DNA from: a virus
IMG/VR virus record: IMGVR_UViG_3300009009_000003
Location: 26,377-90,376 of that record
Direction: 5' to 3' (one strand)
Length of the DNA: 64,000 bases
The translations under genes and the position numbers were made by a program. Shown here piece by piece: positions 44,198-54,091 of this stretch. Position 1 is the first letter of the stretch, and each line of letters begins with the position of its first letter. The notes below the pieces were generated by a model, which did no database searches, was not told where the DNA came from, and was given only the letters and a program-made list of their open reading frames with translations.

Positions 44198-45829
44198 ATG
44201 GATATAGGTATGGAAAAAGATATAGGAATGGATGATCTTTTAGAGTACTTATCTACAGGGAAGGGGGCCACAAATTTTGTATCTCCTTGGCAACATAATG
44301 TAGATATAAGTACAATTACTAGAGATGAGGATGGATTTGATTTAATTTCTAGTAAAAGCACCAATATGACGAGAAAGGAATTGCAGGATGAATGTTGGAG
44401 AAGGTTTCATCTATCACCACAATTCAACACTGCTGTTCGAGGTGTACAAGGAAGGCTTACCGGTTATGGATTTGAAGTTACTTCCCCCATATTTAAAATA
44501 CAAAGGGTAATTGATGAGATAGAGCAAGATCCTAGAAACAGACTTTATTCCAATTATTCAAAGTTTGCTTTGCGTTCTATTATAGAGGGGGAGCTATTCT
44601 TAATAGTTTCTTTGCATGTTGATGGTTTTATTGAAATTGATTTTCTTGATCCTTCTTGTGTATCCGGTTTAGGGGGGGAGGAAGATTGCGGAATAGTGTT
44701 TCATCCGGAAAAAACGAACATGCCTCTTGTTTATAACATACAGGAAAATGGAAAGACTACTTGCCAAATACCTTCAATTTATATTGCTAGATATCCTGAA
44801 CTTCTAAATGTAGCGAAATCAAAGGAACCGCTTATTAAAGACGAATTACTAAAAGACAGCAAAAACGTAAAGGCTAAATATAATAAATTCGGTGGATTTT
44901 TTAGATTTGTAATTTCTTGGGATAAGGGGGCTTTAACGAAACGAAATATATCATATCTTAGAACGACACTAGAATGGATAAATTATTACGAAACTTTAAA
45001 GAAATATGAAATAGACCACAAGAAATCATCTGGATCTTACTTATGGCACTTTTCTTTTGAAGACGCACGAATGTTTAAACTATGGTTATCATTATCTGAT
45101 GAAGAGAAGAAGAAAACAGCTATATTGGCAAAGAAAGTTCCTGGTGGGACTATTATTACTCCTCCTGGAATGAAGATGGAAGTTAAGAATCCTGTTTTGT
45201 CCGCTATTAAAGATCAGGATACTGATATATTGCACATGGTTACATCTGGATTGAATGAACCGGAAGATGTGTCAACGGGGCAATCAAAAGGGACGTTTGC
45301 TTCAGTAAAAGCTACTCGTGGGCCAATGAGTGATAGAATTAGTGATGAAATTGCTGAATTTGAAAGATTTTTACGATATGACTTATGGGGGAATTTGTTT
45401 TATTTAAAAGCCACAATATCTAATTTTGCATCCACATTTGTTGTTAGAGAAGCAGTTGATTTTAAAAAAGGTGAACCTGTATTTGAGAATGTTAAACGTA
45501 AACCCGAAGAATTACTTGAAATTTCTTTTCCTACTTCTGAGATGATTGATTTTGAAAGCAGAGCAAGAGCTTTTCTTGGTGTTAAACATGGACCTATAGC
45601 AGAAACTTTGGGTATTAGTAATAAAGAAATAGCTAGAAGAATGGGATTAGGAAACTACGGAAAGATGAGATTGAGGAAAGCAACGGAAGATGAGATGTAT
45701 CCTGAATTGTCTTATAATGTAGATGCTGAATCCTTGCAGGAAGCTACTCAGGGCGGTGTGGAACCAGTTACTCAAAAGACCGTGGTTAAACGACCGGTTA
45801 CAAGAAAAGAAAAATTGGCTAAAGGGTAA
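44198..45829 (+). CDS. Portal protein
   Basis: About 540 aa directly after terL; IEGELF...IDFLDP pattern; start uncertain (44198, 44210 or 44228). Confidence 0.7.
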   Translation: MDIGMEKDIGMDDLLEYLSTGKGATNFVSPWQHNVDISTITRDEDGFDLISSKSTNMTRKELQDECWRRFHLSPQFNTAVRGVQGRLTGYGFEVTSPIFKIQRVIDEIEQDPRNRLYSNYSKFALRSIIEGELFLIVSLHVDGFIEIDFLDPSCVSGLGGEEDCGIVFHPEKTNMPLVYNIQENGKTTCQIPSIYIARYPELLNVAKSKEPLIKDELLKDSKNVKAKYNKFGGFFRFVISWDKGALTKRNISYLRTTLEWINYYETLKKYEIDHKKSSGSYLWHFSFEDARMFKLWLSLSDEEKKKTAILAKKVPGGTIITPPGMKMEVKNPVLSAIKDQDTDILHMVTSGLNEPEDVSTGQSKGTFASVKATRGPMSDRISDEIAEFERFLRYDLWGNLFYLKATISNFASTFVVREAVDFKKGEPVFENVKRKPEELLEISFPTSEMIDFESRARAFLGVKHGPIAETLGISNKEIARRMGLGNYGKMRLRKATEDEMYPELSYNVDAESLQEATQGGVEPVTQKTVVKRPVTRKEKLAKG

Positions 45830-45832
45830 TGT

Positions 45833-46045
45833 ATGGCTGAAGCAATTCGATGCAATTGCTGTAAAAAGATATTAAATCCCTTGCTTTTTTTATCTGTGCG
45901 TGATAAATTAGCAATAATTACTTTGTTTGAGGAAGCTTCTGATATTGAAGAAGGTGATATTTACATGACTTGTATTGAATGTAGTAGAAGAAGGGAGGTG
46001 TTGTTAAATGCCATGGAAATCTTCGGATGTGAAAAGTCACACTAA
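45833..46045 (+). CDS. Small zinc-finger protein
   Basis: CNCC and CIEC pairs. Confidence 0.45.
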   Translation: MAEAIRCNCCKKILNPLLFLSVRDKLAIITLFEEASDIEEGDIYMTCIECSRRREVLLNAMEIFGCEKSH

Positions 46046-47267
46046 AAATGAATCTGAGGAAACAAGTGTATCTCTAAAGGTTCCTAAAGAGGCTTTTAAT
46101 TTTACTGATTTGGATACAGTTGTTGAATTAAAGGAATCAGAAGGAAAAGCACGACTAGAGATGGTTGTATATTCGGGGAAGGTTATTGACCACGCTTGGT
46201 GGGGGAAGTTAGCTATTGATGGAAATGGTGGATCTTTCAAGAAAAGAAAGTATCCTGTGTTATTTGAACATGATACTTCTAAACAGATCGGATTTACACA
46301 TAAACCTAAAGTAGAAGAAGGGGGGAAAGTAATTCTTGACTCTGATAAAACTTTTATTTTGGAAACTGAAGAGGCTAAGAATTTTGTTTTGGCTGCTAAA
46401 GATGGGTTTCCCTTTGAAGCTTCTATTTCGATTAAGCCTACGAGAATCGAAAATTTGGAGAAAGACCAATCTGGAAGTGTAAATGGTTATAAAGTAAGTG
46501 GTCCTTTTTCTATAATTCGAGAATGGGAATTCAGGGAAGCTTCGGTCTGTACTTTCGGTGCTGATAGGAATACTTCTAGTAGTGTATTTTCTGAAGCACA
46601 AATGGAAGAAATTACTTGCAATTTTACAAATAGAATATATACTAATGTTGGTGGAACGTCAGCTATTCCAGATTTTCCACCGTCAATTAATTATTACAAA
46701 TATATAATACCGAAGGAGGTGAAGAAAGATATGAAGACTTTGGCTGAATTGAAAGAGGAGTACAAGGAGCTTTGTGAGGATTTGAAGCTTGAAGTAAAGA
46801 CGGAGTGCATGTTGGAGAATGAGAAGGAAGTAAATGAACTGAAAGCTAAACTTGAGGATTCTGAGAAGATTAATGCTTCTTTGAAAGCTGAGAAGGAAGC
46901 TATTAGTGAACGTCTCATTATTCTGGAGAAGAAGGATTCCATTAGAACCGAAAAGGAACTGAAGGATCAGGTGGACGATGTTTTTACCAAGCATCTTTCT
47001 GAAAGTTCAATACCTAATCGTTATTGGGATAAGGTGAAAGCATGTGTAAATTCAAATACTTACATTAAAGACTTGTGTCTTGATGTTAAGTCTTTTACAG
47101 ATGCGATTGTCTCTGAAATTAAGGATTGGGAAGATAAGGGTGTTACTACTGAAATACTTGGTTCTGGGAAGACAAAGAGAGATTTGAGTGATCAAGGAGG
47201 GAAGGATTTTGATGCTAGTTCTATAGCAGATAATCTTCTTAAACTTGCTGGTCAGAAAATAAACTAA
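46008..47267 (+). CDS. Prohead protease fused to a scaffold domain
   Basis: PVLFEHD..KQIG, GFPFEASI, REASVCTFGAD; coiled-coil C-terminus. Confidence 0.8.
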   Translation: MPWKSSDVKSHTKNESEETSVSLKVPKEAFNFTDLDTVVELKESEGKARLEMVVYSGKVIDHAWWGKLAIDGNGGSFKKRKYPVLFEHDTSKQIGFTHKPKVEEGGKVILDSDKTFILETEEAKNFVLAAKDGFPFEASISIKPTRIENLEKDQSGSVNGYKVSGPFSIIREWEFREASVCTFGADRNTSSSVFSEAQMEEITCNFTNRIYTNVGGTSAIPDFPPSINYYKYIIPKEVKKDMKTLAELKEEYKELCEDLKLEVKTECMLENEKEVNELKAKLEDSEKINASLKAEKEAISERLIILEKKDSIRTEKELKDQVDDVFTKHLSESSIPNRYWDKVKACVNSNTYIKDLCLDVKSFTDAIVSEIKDWEDKGVTTEILGSGKTKRDLSDQGGKDFDASSIADNLLKLAGQKIN

Positions 47268-47282
47268 AGGAGGTGATTTAGA

Positions 47283-47957
47283 ATGGCTAATTTGGTTCGA
47301 GATATTCCTAGTGTACTTTATGGAACACAAGATGATTACAAACGTCTATTTTATAGTCCTGTTGGTATTGCTTTGACTTTGCCCATTACTATTGGACCTG
47401 GTTATGGTGTGCTGAAAGCAGGTACTTTGATGTCCAAAAATGATTCTGCTGCTGGTAATTACGGTAAGTATGTTCCTTATGATACGCACGGAACTATTAC
47501 TGGTGCAGAAAATTGTCCTTCTAGGGCGTACATCGTTACTGATGGTGCTGCTGATAATTATGCCTATGTAACGATGGATGATTCCTACAAATTCATTGTT
47601 GGTGATGATCTGATTGCATATGATGGGAATACTTCATCCCCTGTTGCGGTCGGAGCTATTACTGCCATTGATCGTACAACTTATGCTCACATGGCAAAAA
47701 TTACTGGTTCTGCAAATCTTACTTCTGGCATTACCACTGCTCAGTTTGGATATGTGGAATGTGAAGGAGCTGACACGGCTGATGGTGTTCTTATGAATAC
47801 TGTTGATACCGGAAAAGGTTCAACGGCACAGGGAGCTGTTGCAAATTTGATTATTGGAAATGCGATTCTCTATCGTGCTGCTATTGTAAACTATGATTCT
47901 AATGCTGCATCGGACCTTACACTTACTGTTAGTGGTCCGTATCTAATTTTTAAGTAA
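47283..47957 (+). CDS. Head decoration protein-like
   Basis: GVLKAGTLM...GKYVPY...ADGVL gpD-like pattern, upstream of the capsid gene. Confidence 0.65.
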   Translation: MANLVRDIPSVLYGTQDDYKRLFYSPVGIALTLPITIGPGYGVLKAGTLMSKNDSAAGNYGKYVPYDTHGTITGAENCPSRAYIVTDGAADNYAYVTMDDSYKFIVGDDLIAYDGNTSSPVAVGAITAIDRTTYAHMAKITGSANLTSGITTAQFGYVECEGADTADGVLMNTVDTGKGSTAQGAVANLIIGNAILYRAAIVNYDSNAASDLTLTVSGPYLIFK

Positions 47958-47974
47958 GAAGGAGGTGAGTTACT

Positions 47975-49222
47975 ATGCCTATTGGACGAAGTGATATTCC
48001 TGAATTGAGACTTGAAACTCTTCGGGCTTTTGTAACGAAGTTTATGAGTCCACCGAATTTGCTTTTTGTGAATATGTTTGGCACCAGCCAGGCTTCCGGT
48101 TCTACAATTAAATGGGAAAGCCAGGAAGGGACTCGTGGTATGGTTCCTTTTAAATCTCCTGGGGCACCCACTAAAGTAACGGCTCCCATTGGTATTGCAC
48201 AGCACTCTGCTGAAGCAGCGTTTTGGGGTGAGAAAATGTACTTTGATGAGGTGTTTTTGAACAATCTTCGGAAAGAAGGTACGGAAAATCAGTATCTTAC
48301 GGCGCAAGCTCGTCTTGCTCGTGAAATGGCTGGTTTGACTACTCGATGTATGCGAAGGAAAGAATGGATGTTTTCAAAGATGATTACTGCCGGATCTTTT
48401 ACTTACTCAGAAGCTTCCGGTACAAAATTGTCTGTTGATTATTCAATTCCTTCGGATCACATTGTTACTCTTGCTGCTGCAAGTAAGTGGAATAGTGGTA
48501 ATAACAAAGATATAATTGGTGATATAATTGATGGAAAGAAAAAGATTTCCGATGATTGTGGTGCCAATGTCAACTATGCTTTCTGCAATTCTACCACTTT
48601 GAAGTATCTTGCAAGGGATACGACTATTCAGACTTTACTTAGCAAATCTGCTTTTGGTGAGGGTGACCTTTTCAAAGGTAGTGTAAACAATATAGTCGGT
48701 GTGAACCCGAAGGTAGTGGGAGCTTTGTTGGATATTCCCAATCTTATAGTTTATGATGAAATCTATGAGGTGAAGGCTTATCTACTTGCTGCTGTTGCCG
48801 CAAGTTCCACGACCAGTGTTACTGTTGAAAATCCTGCTGATTTTGTTGCCGGTGGTACTCTTCGTTTTGTTGATGTTTCTGCTGGTACTTGGGAAGAGGA
48901 AACTATTTCTTCAGTTACACCTGAGTCAAACTATGTTGTTGTTTCAACTGCTCCTTCAACTTCTTATAAGGCGTTTGAAGACTATGTTCTTATGAGAAAG
49001 AAGTTTATCCCTGATGATAAGTTCATTATGATGGCTTCTGATGTTGACGGTCAGAAAATTGCAGAATATTTTGAGGCTCCTTTTGGATTGAATCATCAAT
49101 ATGGAATTCAGCCTGATACTCATGAGGAATGGGATCCTGATGGAATTTGGATCAGAGTTCAAGATAAAGGGTTGCCTGTACTTTACCAGAGGGATGCTCT
49201 TTACATTCTTGATGTAGAGTAG
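47975..49222 (+). CDS. Major capsid protein (lambda gpE-like family)
   Basis: RRKEWM, VDYSIP..H, KW....DII.DI, FIPDDK, WDPDG...GLPV. Confidence 0.85.
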   Translation: MPIGRSDIPELRLETLRAFVTKFMSPPNLLFVNMFGTSQASGSTIKWESQEGTRGMVPFKSPGAPTKVTAPIGIAQHSAEAAFWGEKMYFDEVFLNNLRKEGTENQYLTAQARLAREMAGLTTRCMRRKEWMFSKMITAGSFTYSEASGTKLSVDYSIPSDHIVTLAAASKWNSGNNKDIIGDIIDGKKKISDDCGANVNYAFCNSTTLKYLARDTTIQTLLSKSAFGEGDLFKGSVNNIVGVNPKVVGALLDIPNLIVYDEIYEVKAYLLAAVAASSTTSVTVENPADFVAGGTLRFVDVSAGTWEEETISSVTPESNYVVVSTAPSTSYKAFEDYVLMRKKFIPDDKFIMMASDVDGQKIAEYFEAPFGLNHQYGIQPDTHEEWDPDGIWIRVQDKGLPVLYQRDALYILDVE

Positions 49223-49238
49223 AAAGGAGGGGGAACAT

Positions 49239-49733
49239 ATGACTACATATTTAGGACCTCTTCCGGCAGTTGGTTTTAACCGATTTTCTGGGAAGTCAGG
49301 ATATGATTCCATTACGCTTTGTGTATCCGGAGAGATTACAGTAACTAAGAGAGGACTTCCGGTTGGTATTGCTAGAAAATCTGGCATGATTACTAATGTT
49401 GGTCTTTCATTACTTACTTGTGGTTCGGATGGCACCGACGCTCTTAATATGTCGGCTAATGTTAAGATTAATGGAACCACCTGTCTTACTACTCAGCCAA
49501 ATATTGTAGCCGGTGGTGCCGGTGGGACTAATACCGGTACTGCTGAAAACCGTACTACTTTGGACCCGAATGATTCTGGTATTACGGCTGCTGTAATTGA
49601 TACTACAGCAAATTCTGTTTATGTTGGGGATGTTATCACTTGTGACCTTACACTTGTGCGTACTACTCCTGAAACAGAGATGGCAGATGCAATTGTAGTG
49701 GTTGATTTTGAACCAAATAGTTATTTGCCTTAA
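49239..49733 (+). CDS. Probable virion structural beta-sandwich protein
   Basis: Gly/Thr-rich; VKINGTT, VGDVITCD; follows the capsid gene. Confidence 0.55.
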   Translation: MTTYLGPLPAVGFNRFSGKSGYDSITLCVSGEITVTKRGLPVGIARKSGMITNVGLSLLTCGSDGTDALNMSANVKINGTTCLTTQPNIVAGGAGGTNTGTAENRTTLDPNDSGITAAVIDTTANSVYVGDVITCDLTLVRTTPETEMADAIVVVDFEPNSYLP

Positions 49734-49755
49734 TTTAAAGTAAAGGAGCAATTCG

Positions 49756-50082
49756 ATGGATGCTAATAAAATCGAAAGAGTAAAAGTAAATACAACCTTG
49801 AAGTGTGGGAACAATGTTTATCTTAAAGGTAAGATATATGATCCCCCCATTCCTAAGGATCTTATAGCTGAAGTTAAGGCTAATACAGGAACTGTTGAGG
49901 TTTTGGGGGTAGTCTTTAAGGAGACTGCCCCCGAACCATCCACAAATAATGTGGAACTGGAACAGGAAGAGTTGTTAAAAATGATTGATGATGACCCTTG
50001 TGTTGTTATTGATGGTGGTGAAGTTATTGTTGAGGATACTTCAGACACCAAGAAAAGAGGAAGGAAAAGACTGATTGACTAA
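49756..50082 (+). CDS. Hypothetical head-region protein
   Basis: Acidic linker with a KKRGRK tail, common after capsid genes. Confidence 0.5.
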   Translation: MDANKIERVKVNTTLKCGNNVYLKGKIYDPPIPKDLIAEVKANTGTVEVLGVVFKETAPEPSTNNVELEQEELLKMIDDDPCVVIDGGEVIVEDTSDTKKRGRKRLID

Positions 50083-50524
50083 AGATGAGCTTGTGGCTCT
50101 TCTTCCTTCTAGGATGAAAGGGCTAATATCTTATCTTGATCCCGAAGACTATTCCAGTGCTGCTGATGATGCCTCACTAGAATTAGGTTGGGATTTTCCT
50201 GTTTCAGATGCCCAGAAGTTTTGGACAATAGAAAGAGCAAAAAGGTGGTTGTTTTTCTACTTACTTACTCAACAGGCGCATAAGTTCCAATTTGAAAAAA
50301 TAAATCTCCAGCACAGATTCGATCACTACTCAAAAATAGTGGGTCTTATGGATAGGAGATTTGAAGTTGCAATAGAGGAAAATCCTGCTTTGTTTGCTGG
50401 TGTTGATACCAGAGGACTTTTTGGAACTTATGTTTATTCCGGTTATTCTACTGATGAATTAGGATATGAAACCACATATTCTGATGACAATGTTGTAGAA
50501 TTCTTTCCAAATGAAGAAAGCTAA
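50075..50524 (+). CDS. Probable head-tail adaptor
   Basis: Helical 149 aa in the adaptor position. Confidence 0.5.
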   Translation: MTKDELVALLPSRMKGLISYLDPEDYSSAADDASLELGWDFPVSDAQKFWTIERAKRWLFFYLLTQQAHKFQFEKINLQHRFDHYSKIVGLMDRRFEVAIEENPALFAGVDTRGLFGTYVYSGYSTDELGYETTYSDDNVVEFFPNEES

Positions 50525-51132
50525 TGAGTGATGTAGGAATTGACATAAAAGAAGCCTTAGAGGAAATTGGTGTTTCTATAGATTATAGAGACATTTCAGG
50601 GGAATATATAAAAGTATCCCCAAATTCCCAAATCACAAAACCGTTTATAAGTGAGTTTTTTGTTGAAGGGATGTGTCCTTATGATACATCCTTAGTTGTT
50701 GGTGATATTATTATTTATAATGCCACTAATGAACGATTTCTAACCATGTCCAAAACTCCTAATGTTTTTGAAAATGAAGTGTATAGCTACAGAACCATTT
50801 TTTATAAATGCAACATTACTTCTGGAAAGTTGATTCGTCCTTCTGGTGAAGTGATAGATGGGCAGTATCACACTGAGCAGAATTGGGTTGAGGTTGCTAG
50901 TAATGTTGTTGCCCTTCAAACTGATGCCTTATTCGGAACCACTTTAGATGAAGGTGAAGAATTGGGATTAATCGGTTTGAAAAGGAATGAGTTGTACATT
51001 GCTCATTCCTATGGAATATCAGTTCACGACCGATGGGAACCTGTCAGTGGTGAATATTATAGAGTAGAAACAATTAATTCAAGAACCTTTACCGGCATAG
51101 ATATTGCAAAAATAAGTGAAGATACACGATAA
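50524..51132 (+). CDS. Probable head closure/stopper protein
   Basis: Beta-rich, VGDII and YRVETI patterns; position. Confidence 0.5.
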   Translation: MSDVGIDIKEALEEIGVSIDYRDISGEYIKVSPNSQITKPFISEFFVEGMCPYDTSLVVGDIIIYNATNERFLTMSKTPNVFENEVYSYRTIFYKCNITSGKLIRPSGEVIDGQYHTEQNWVEVASNVVALQTDALFGTTLDEGEELGLIGLKRNELYIAHSYGISVHDRWEPVSGEYYRVETINSRTFTGIDIAKISEDTR

Positions 51133-51155
51133 CCAACCAAATAAAGGATTAAGTT

Positions 51156-53222
51156 ATGAAACAAACAATTCTTTTGGTGGGGGAACACCCACTAGCTTCA
51201 ACTGGAAATTCCGGAATGTTGGCTTCTTTACTAAGGGAGCTGGATCTTAATTCTTATTCACCCACATTGTTTTGTTCTTTGCCTCATTTGCTTGATTTGG
51301 GGTATTTGTCGAAGAATGTTTTCCCTTTTCCAATAATAGATGCTACTGATGGGAAAGATCATTGGGGATCAAATAAACTCATATGGTTGTTGGATAACAA
51401 TAAATTTGATAAAGTGGTTTTTGTAGGGATTGATATTTGGAGATACGCTTCTGTTCTTACAGAGTTAAAAAATATTACTGATTCAACGAAACTTGTTAGT
51501 ATTTGCATTGCTCCTTATGATATTAGTTATTTGAGAAAAGATTGGATTAAATGGTTTAATTGTTTTACTCACCCATGTGTTTATTCCAAATTTGCATATA
51601 ATCTATTAATAAGAGAGATACCTAAAATAGGTTATTTCCGACCTAATCTTTATCTTAGTGAAGTCTTTGCTCCCTTCCCTGATAAGAATAAGGTAAAAGC
51701 AGAAATTTTCCCAGATATGGATATTTCTACTACTGTATTTGGTTTTGTCGGGCACAACCAATTTAGAAAAGATCCACAAAAATTAATTAAAGCTTTCAGC
51801 ATTGCTAAGAAATACTCGAAAAATGACATTACTTTATTTATGCACACTGATTTTGAAAGCGGTGTTTTTAATTTGAAGCAGTATGTTATGGATTGTGGTT
51901 TGAAAAGAGGTGATATAAGGGCAACAAGAAGCGGACAGATTTTTAATAGAGAAAGTCTTGTCAAGGTATATAACAGTTTGGACATTCTTTTGAATTGTTC
52001 CTTCCAAGAAGGATTGTCGTGGACTCCAATTGAAGCAGGTCTGTGTGGTGTACCGGCAATAGTTTCTTCGACAACTGCCCACATTGAACTTGATTGTGAG
52101 TACAATGTTCCTTGTGAACAAGAAGTCTATCAGCCTTTGATAGGGGAATTAGGTGACACTTGGATGGATTCTAATTCTTGCAAAGCAGAAGATATTGCTG
52201 AGAAGATGGTTTTGTTTATGGAGGCGAGTAAAGAGGAGAGAAAGGAATTATCTGACCATGCTCTTTTGAGAAGTAAAAAGTGGATTTCAGAAGTAAATAA
52301 TATTAATTCATTGCTTTTGTCAGCAGAAAAGAAAAAGAGTTTGTGTTTAGTAAACAAAGAAAAAAACGACATACTTTTTGTACAGCATAGTTCTGCTGGT
52401 GATATTTTAATGTCAACACAGTGCTTTAAAGGATTACGAGAGAGACACAAGGAAAAGGGTCTTGTGTACATGACGCAGGAAAAATACAAAGGAATTTTAA
52501 AAGAAAATCCGTATGTTAGCAGGGTTGTTGATTGGAACCCTGGTCTTATTAATATATTTGAGGTTGTTTATAATCCTCATGGTGAAAAAATACTGCCAGG
52601 AGGATGGAATAATTTGAATGTAAAGTTGTATTCTATGTATCCTTACTTTTGTTCAGTTACCCCTGATAAAATGTTTATTGCTTGTGATGTTCCTTCTGAT
52701 GAGAAATTAATGGAGGAAATAAAAGACAAAAAATATTTGGTAGTAAATACAGGGGGGGCATCGGAATTCAGAAGATATAAACACATGGAAATGGTTTTTA
52801 AAGGAATAGATTATCCTCTGGTGCAAATAGGATCAAGTGAAGATCCCTATTGCAAAGGGGCAATTGATATGAGGGAAAAATTGACATGGACTGAAAGCGC
52901 ATGGGTAATGAAAAATGCTACTGCTGCTGTTGTAATTGATAGTTTCTGTTCTCATTTGGCAGGTGCTTTGGGTACTCCTGCTGTAGTTCTTTACGGCCCT
53001 GCTCCGGCAAGGGTTGTTGGTCCTTGGTATGAAGACAGAACTAAAGTTATAGAGATGGAACCGGATATGCTGAAGGTTTGTAACATAATGTCTTATTGCT
53101 GGAGTAATCCTAAAGTTAATGCACAAACAGGGAGAAGATTGTGTATTTCCCCTTGTATAAATTCACACAATCCAATAAACATTAGCAATAATCTTAAAAA
53201 ACTGATGGGAGGATTATCATGA
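51156..53222 (+). CDS. Glycosyltransferase fusion, GT4-like + GT9-like
   Basis: FGFVGHNQFRKD and EGLSWTPIEA (EX7E); SAGDILM and IDSFCSHLAGALGTPAVVLYGP. Confidence 0.85.
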   Translation: MKQTILLVGEHPLASTGNSGMLASLLRELDLNSYSPTLFCSLPHLLDLGYLSKNVFPFPIIDATDGKDHWGSNKLIWLLDNNKFDKVVFVGIDIWRYASVLTELKNITDSTKLVSICIAPYDISYLRKDWIKWFNCFTHPCVYSKFAYNLLIREIPKIGYFRPNLYLSEVFAPFPDKNKVKAEIFPDMDISTTVFGFVGHNQFRKDPQKLIKAFSIAKKYSKNDITLFMHTDFESGVFNLKQYVMDCGLKRGDIRATRSGQIFNRESLVKVYNSLDILLNCSFQEGLSWTPIEAGLCGVPAIVSSTTAHIELDCEYNVPCEQEVYQPLIGELGDTWMDSNSCKAEDIAEKMVLFMEASKEERKELSDHALLRSKKWISEVNNINSLLLSAEKKKSLCLVNKEKNDILFVQHSSAGDILMSTQCFKGLRERHKEKGLVYMTQEKYKGILKENPYVSRVVDWNPGLINIFEVVYNPHGEKILPGGWNNLNVKLYSMYPYFCSVTPDKMFIACDVPSDEKLMEEIKDKKYLVVNTGGASEFRRYKHMEMVFKGIDYPLVQIGSSEDPYCKGAIDMREKLTWTESAWVMKNATAAVVIDSFCSHLAGALGTPAVVLYGPAPARVVGPWYEDRTKVIEMEPDMLKVCNIMSYCWSNPKVNAQTGRRLCISPCINSHNPINISNNLKKLMGGLS

Positions 53223-54091
53223 AAATAAGTCTGGTAATTAATGCTGATACCAGAACAAAATGCACACTTCCTATGACTACTACTCTTGATTCTAACGGTG
53301 GTTGTTCCTGTGTAGATTTTATGACTGATGGGGTTTTAAATAAGATAAAATTCTTTCGTGGAATAAAAGCGGAATTAGAAATCATTTTGTTTGTAGATAC
53401 ATCTTCTGGGAAAATTCCTGATGAAATAGAACAGAAAGTATCAGATATTTGCTATGAGTATAACATAAATCTTATTTTATATACGATGGATAGGGGCAAT
53501 CCTTTATATCCTAAGAAATATGATATGGTGTACATTGAGGCATTGTGTTCAGCTACTGGAGATTATGTAGCTCATTTTGATGGTGATATGGGGGCTTTTA
53601 GGTCGGATGATTCCAATATTTTGGAGAGATATTTATATTGGTTAAATTCAAATTCCTATGAGTTTGTTTCTCTTCCTATGATTGGTTCTCCTAATGCTGG
53701 ATTTGAAAGTAGGGATTATTGGTGGGCATCAACTAGATTTTTTATTGGGAAAAGAGACTATTTTAATAGGGATGAAATGATAAGGTGTTTTAATAATAAT
53801 TATGTGTTGAATAAATATGGTGTAGCCGTATGGCCTAATTGTGTTGAGCATGTATTAGGGGCAAGAGCAGGAAAAGGAAGAGTGTTATATCCTGTTGTAG
53901 AATTTGATAATTCTATGCAAAATCCAATACTTAGAGAAAGTGGATACATGATTTTTAGTTGGGCTACTTATTATAAGGGAACAATGGAAAAACTTAATTC
54001 AATGACTTACTCCCAAGTTTATAACTATATTATTAATGAATGTGGGGGAATTCATGGAGCTAATGATGTTATTGGAAAGGAACTAAAATGA
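53219..54091 (+). CDS. GT-A fold glycosyltransferase-like protein
   Basis: MKISLVI start; ATGDYVAHFDGD DxD motif. Confidence 0.65.
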   Translation: MKISLVINADTRTKCTLPMTTTLDSNGGCSCVDFMTDGVLNKIKFFRGIKAELEIILFVDTSSGKIPDEIEQKVSDICYEYNINLILYTMDRGNPLYPKKYDMVYIEALCSATGDYVAHFDGDMGAFRSDDSNILERYLYWLNSNSYEFVSLPMIGSPNAGFESRDYWWASTRFFIGKRDYFNRDEMIRCFNNNYVLNKYGVAVWPNCVEHVLGARAGKGRVLYPVVEFDNSMQNPILRESGYMIFSWATYYKGTMEKLNSMTYSQVYNYIINECGGIHGANDVIGKELK

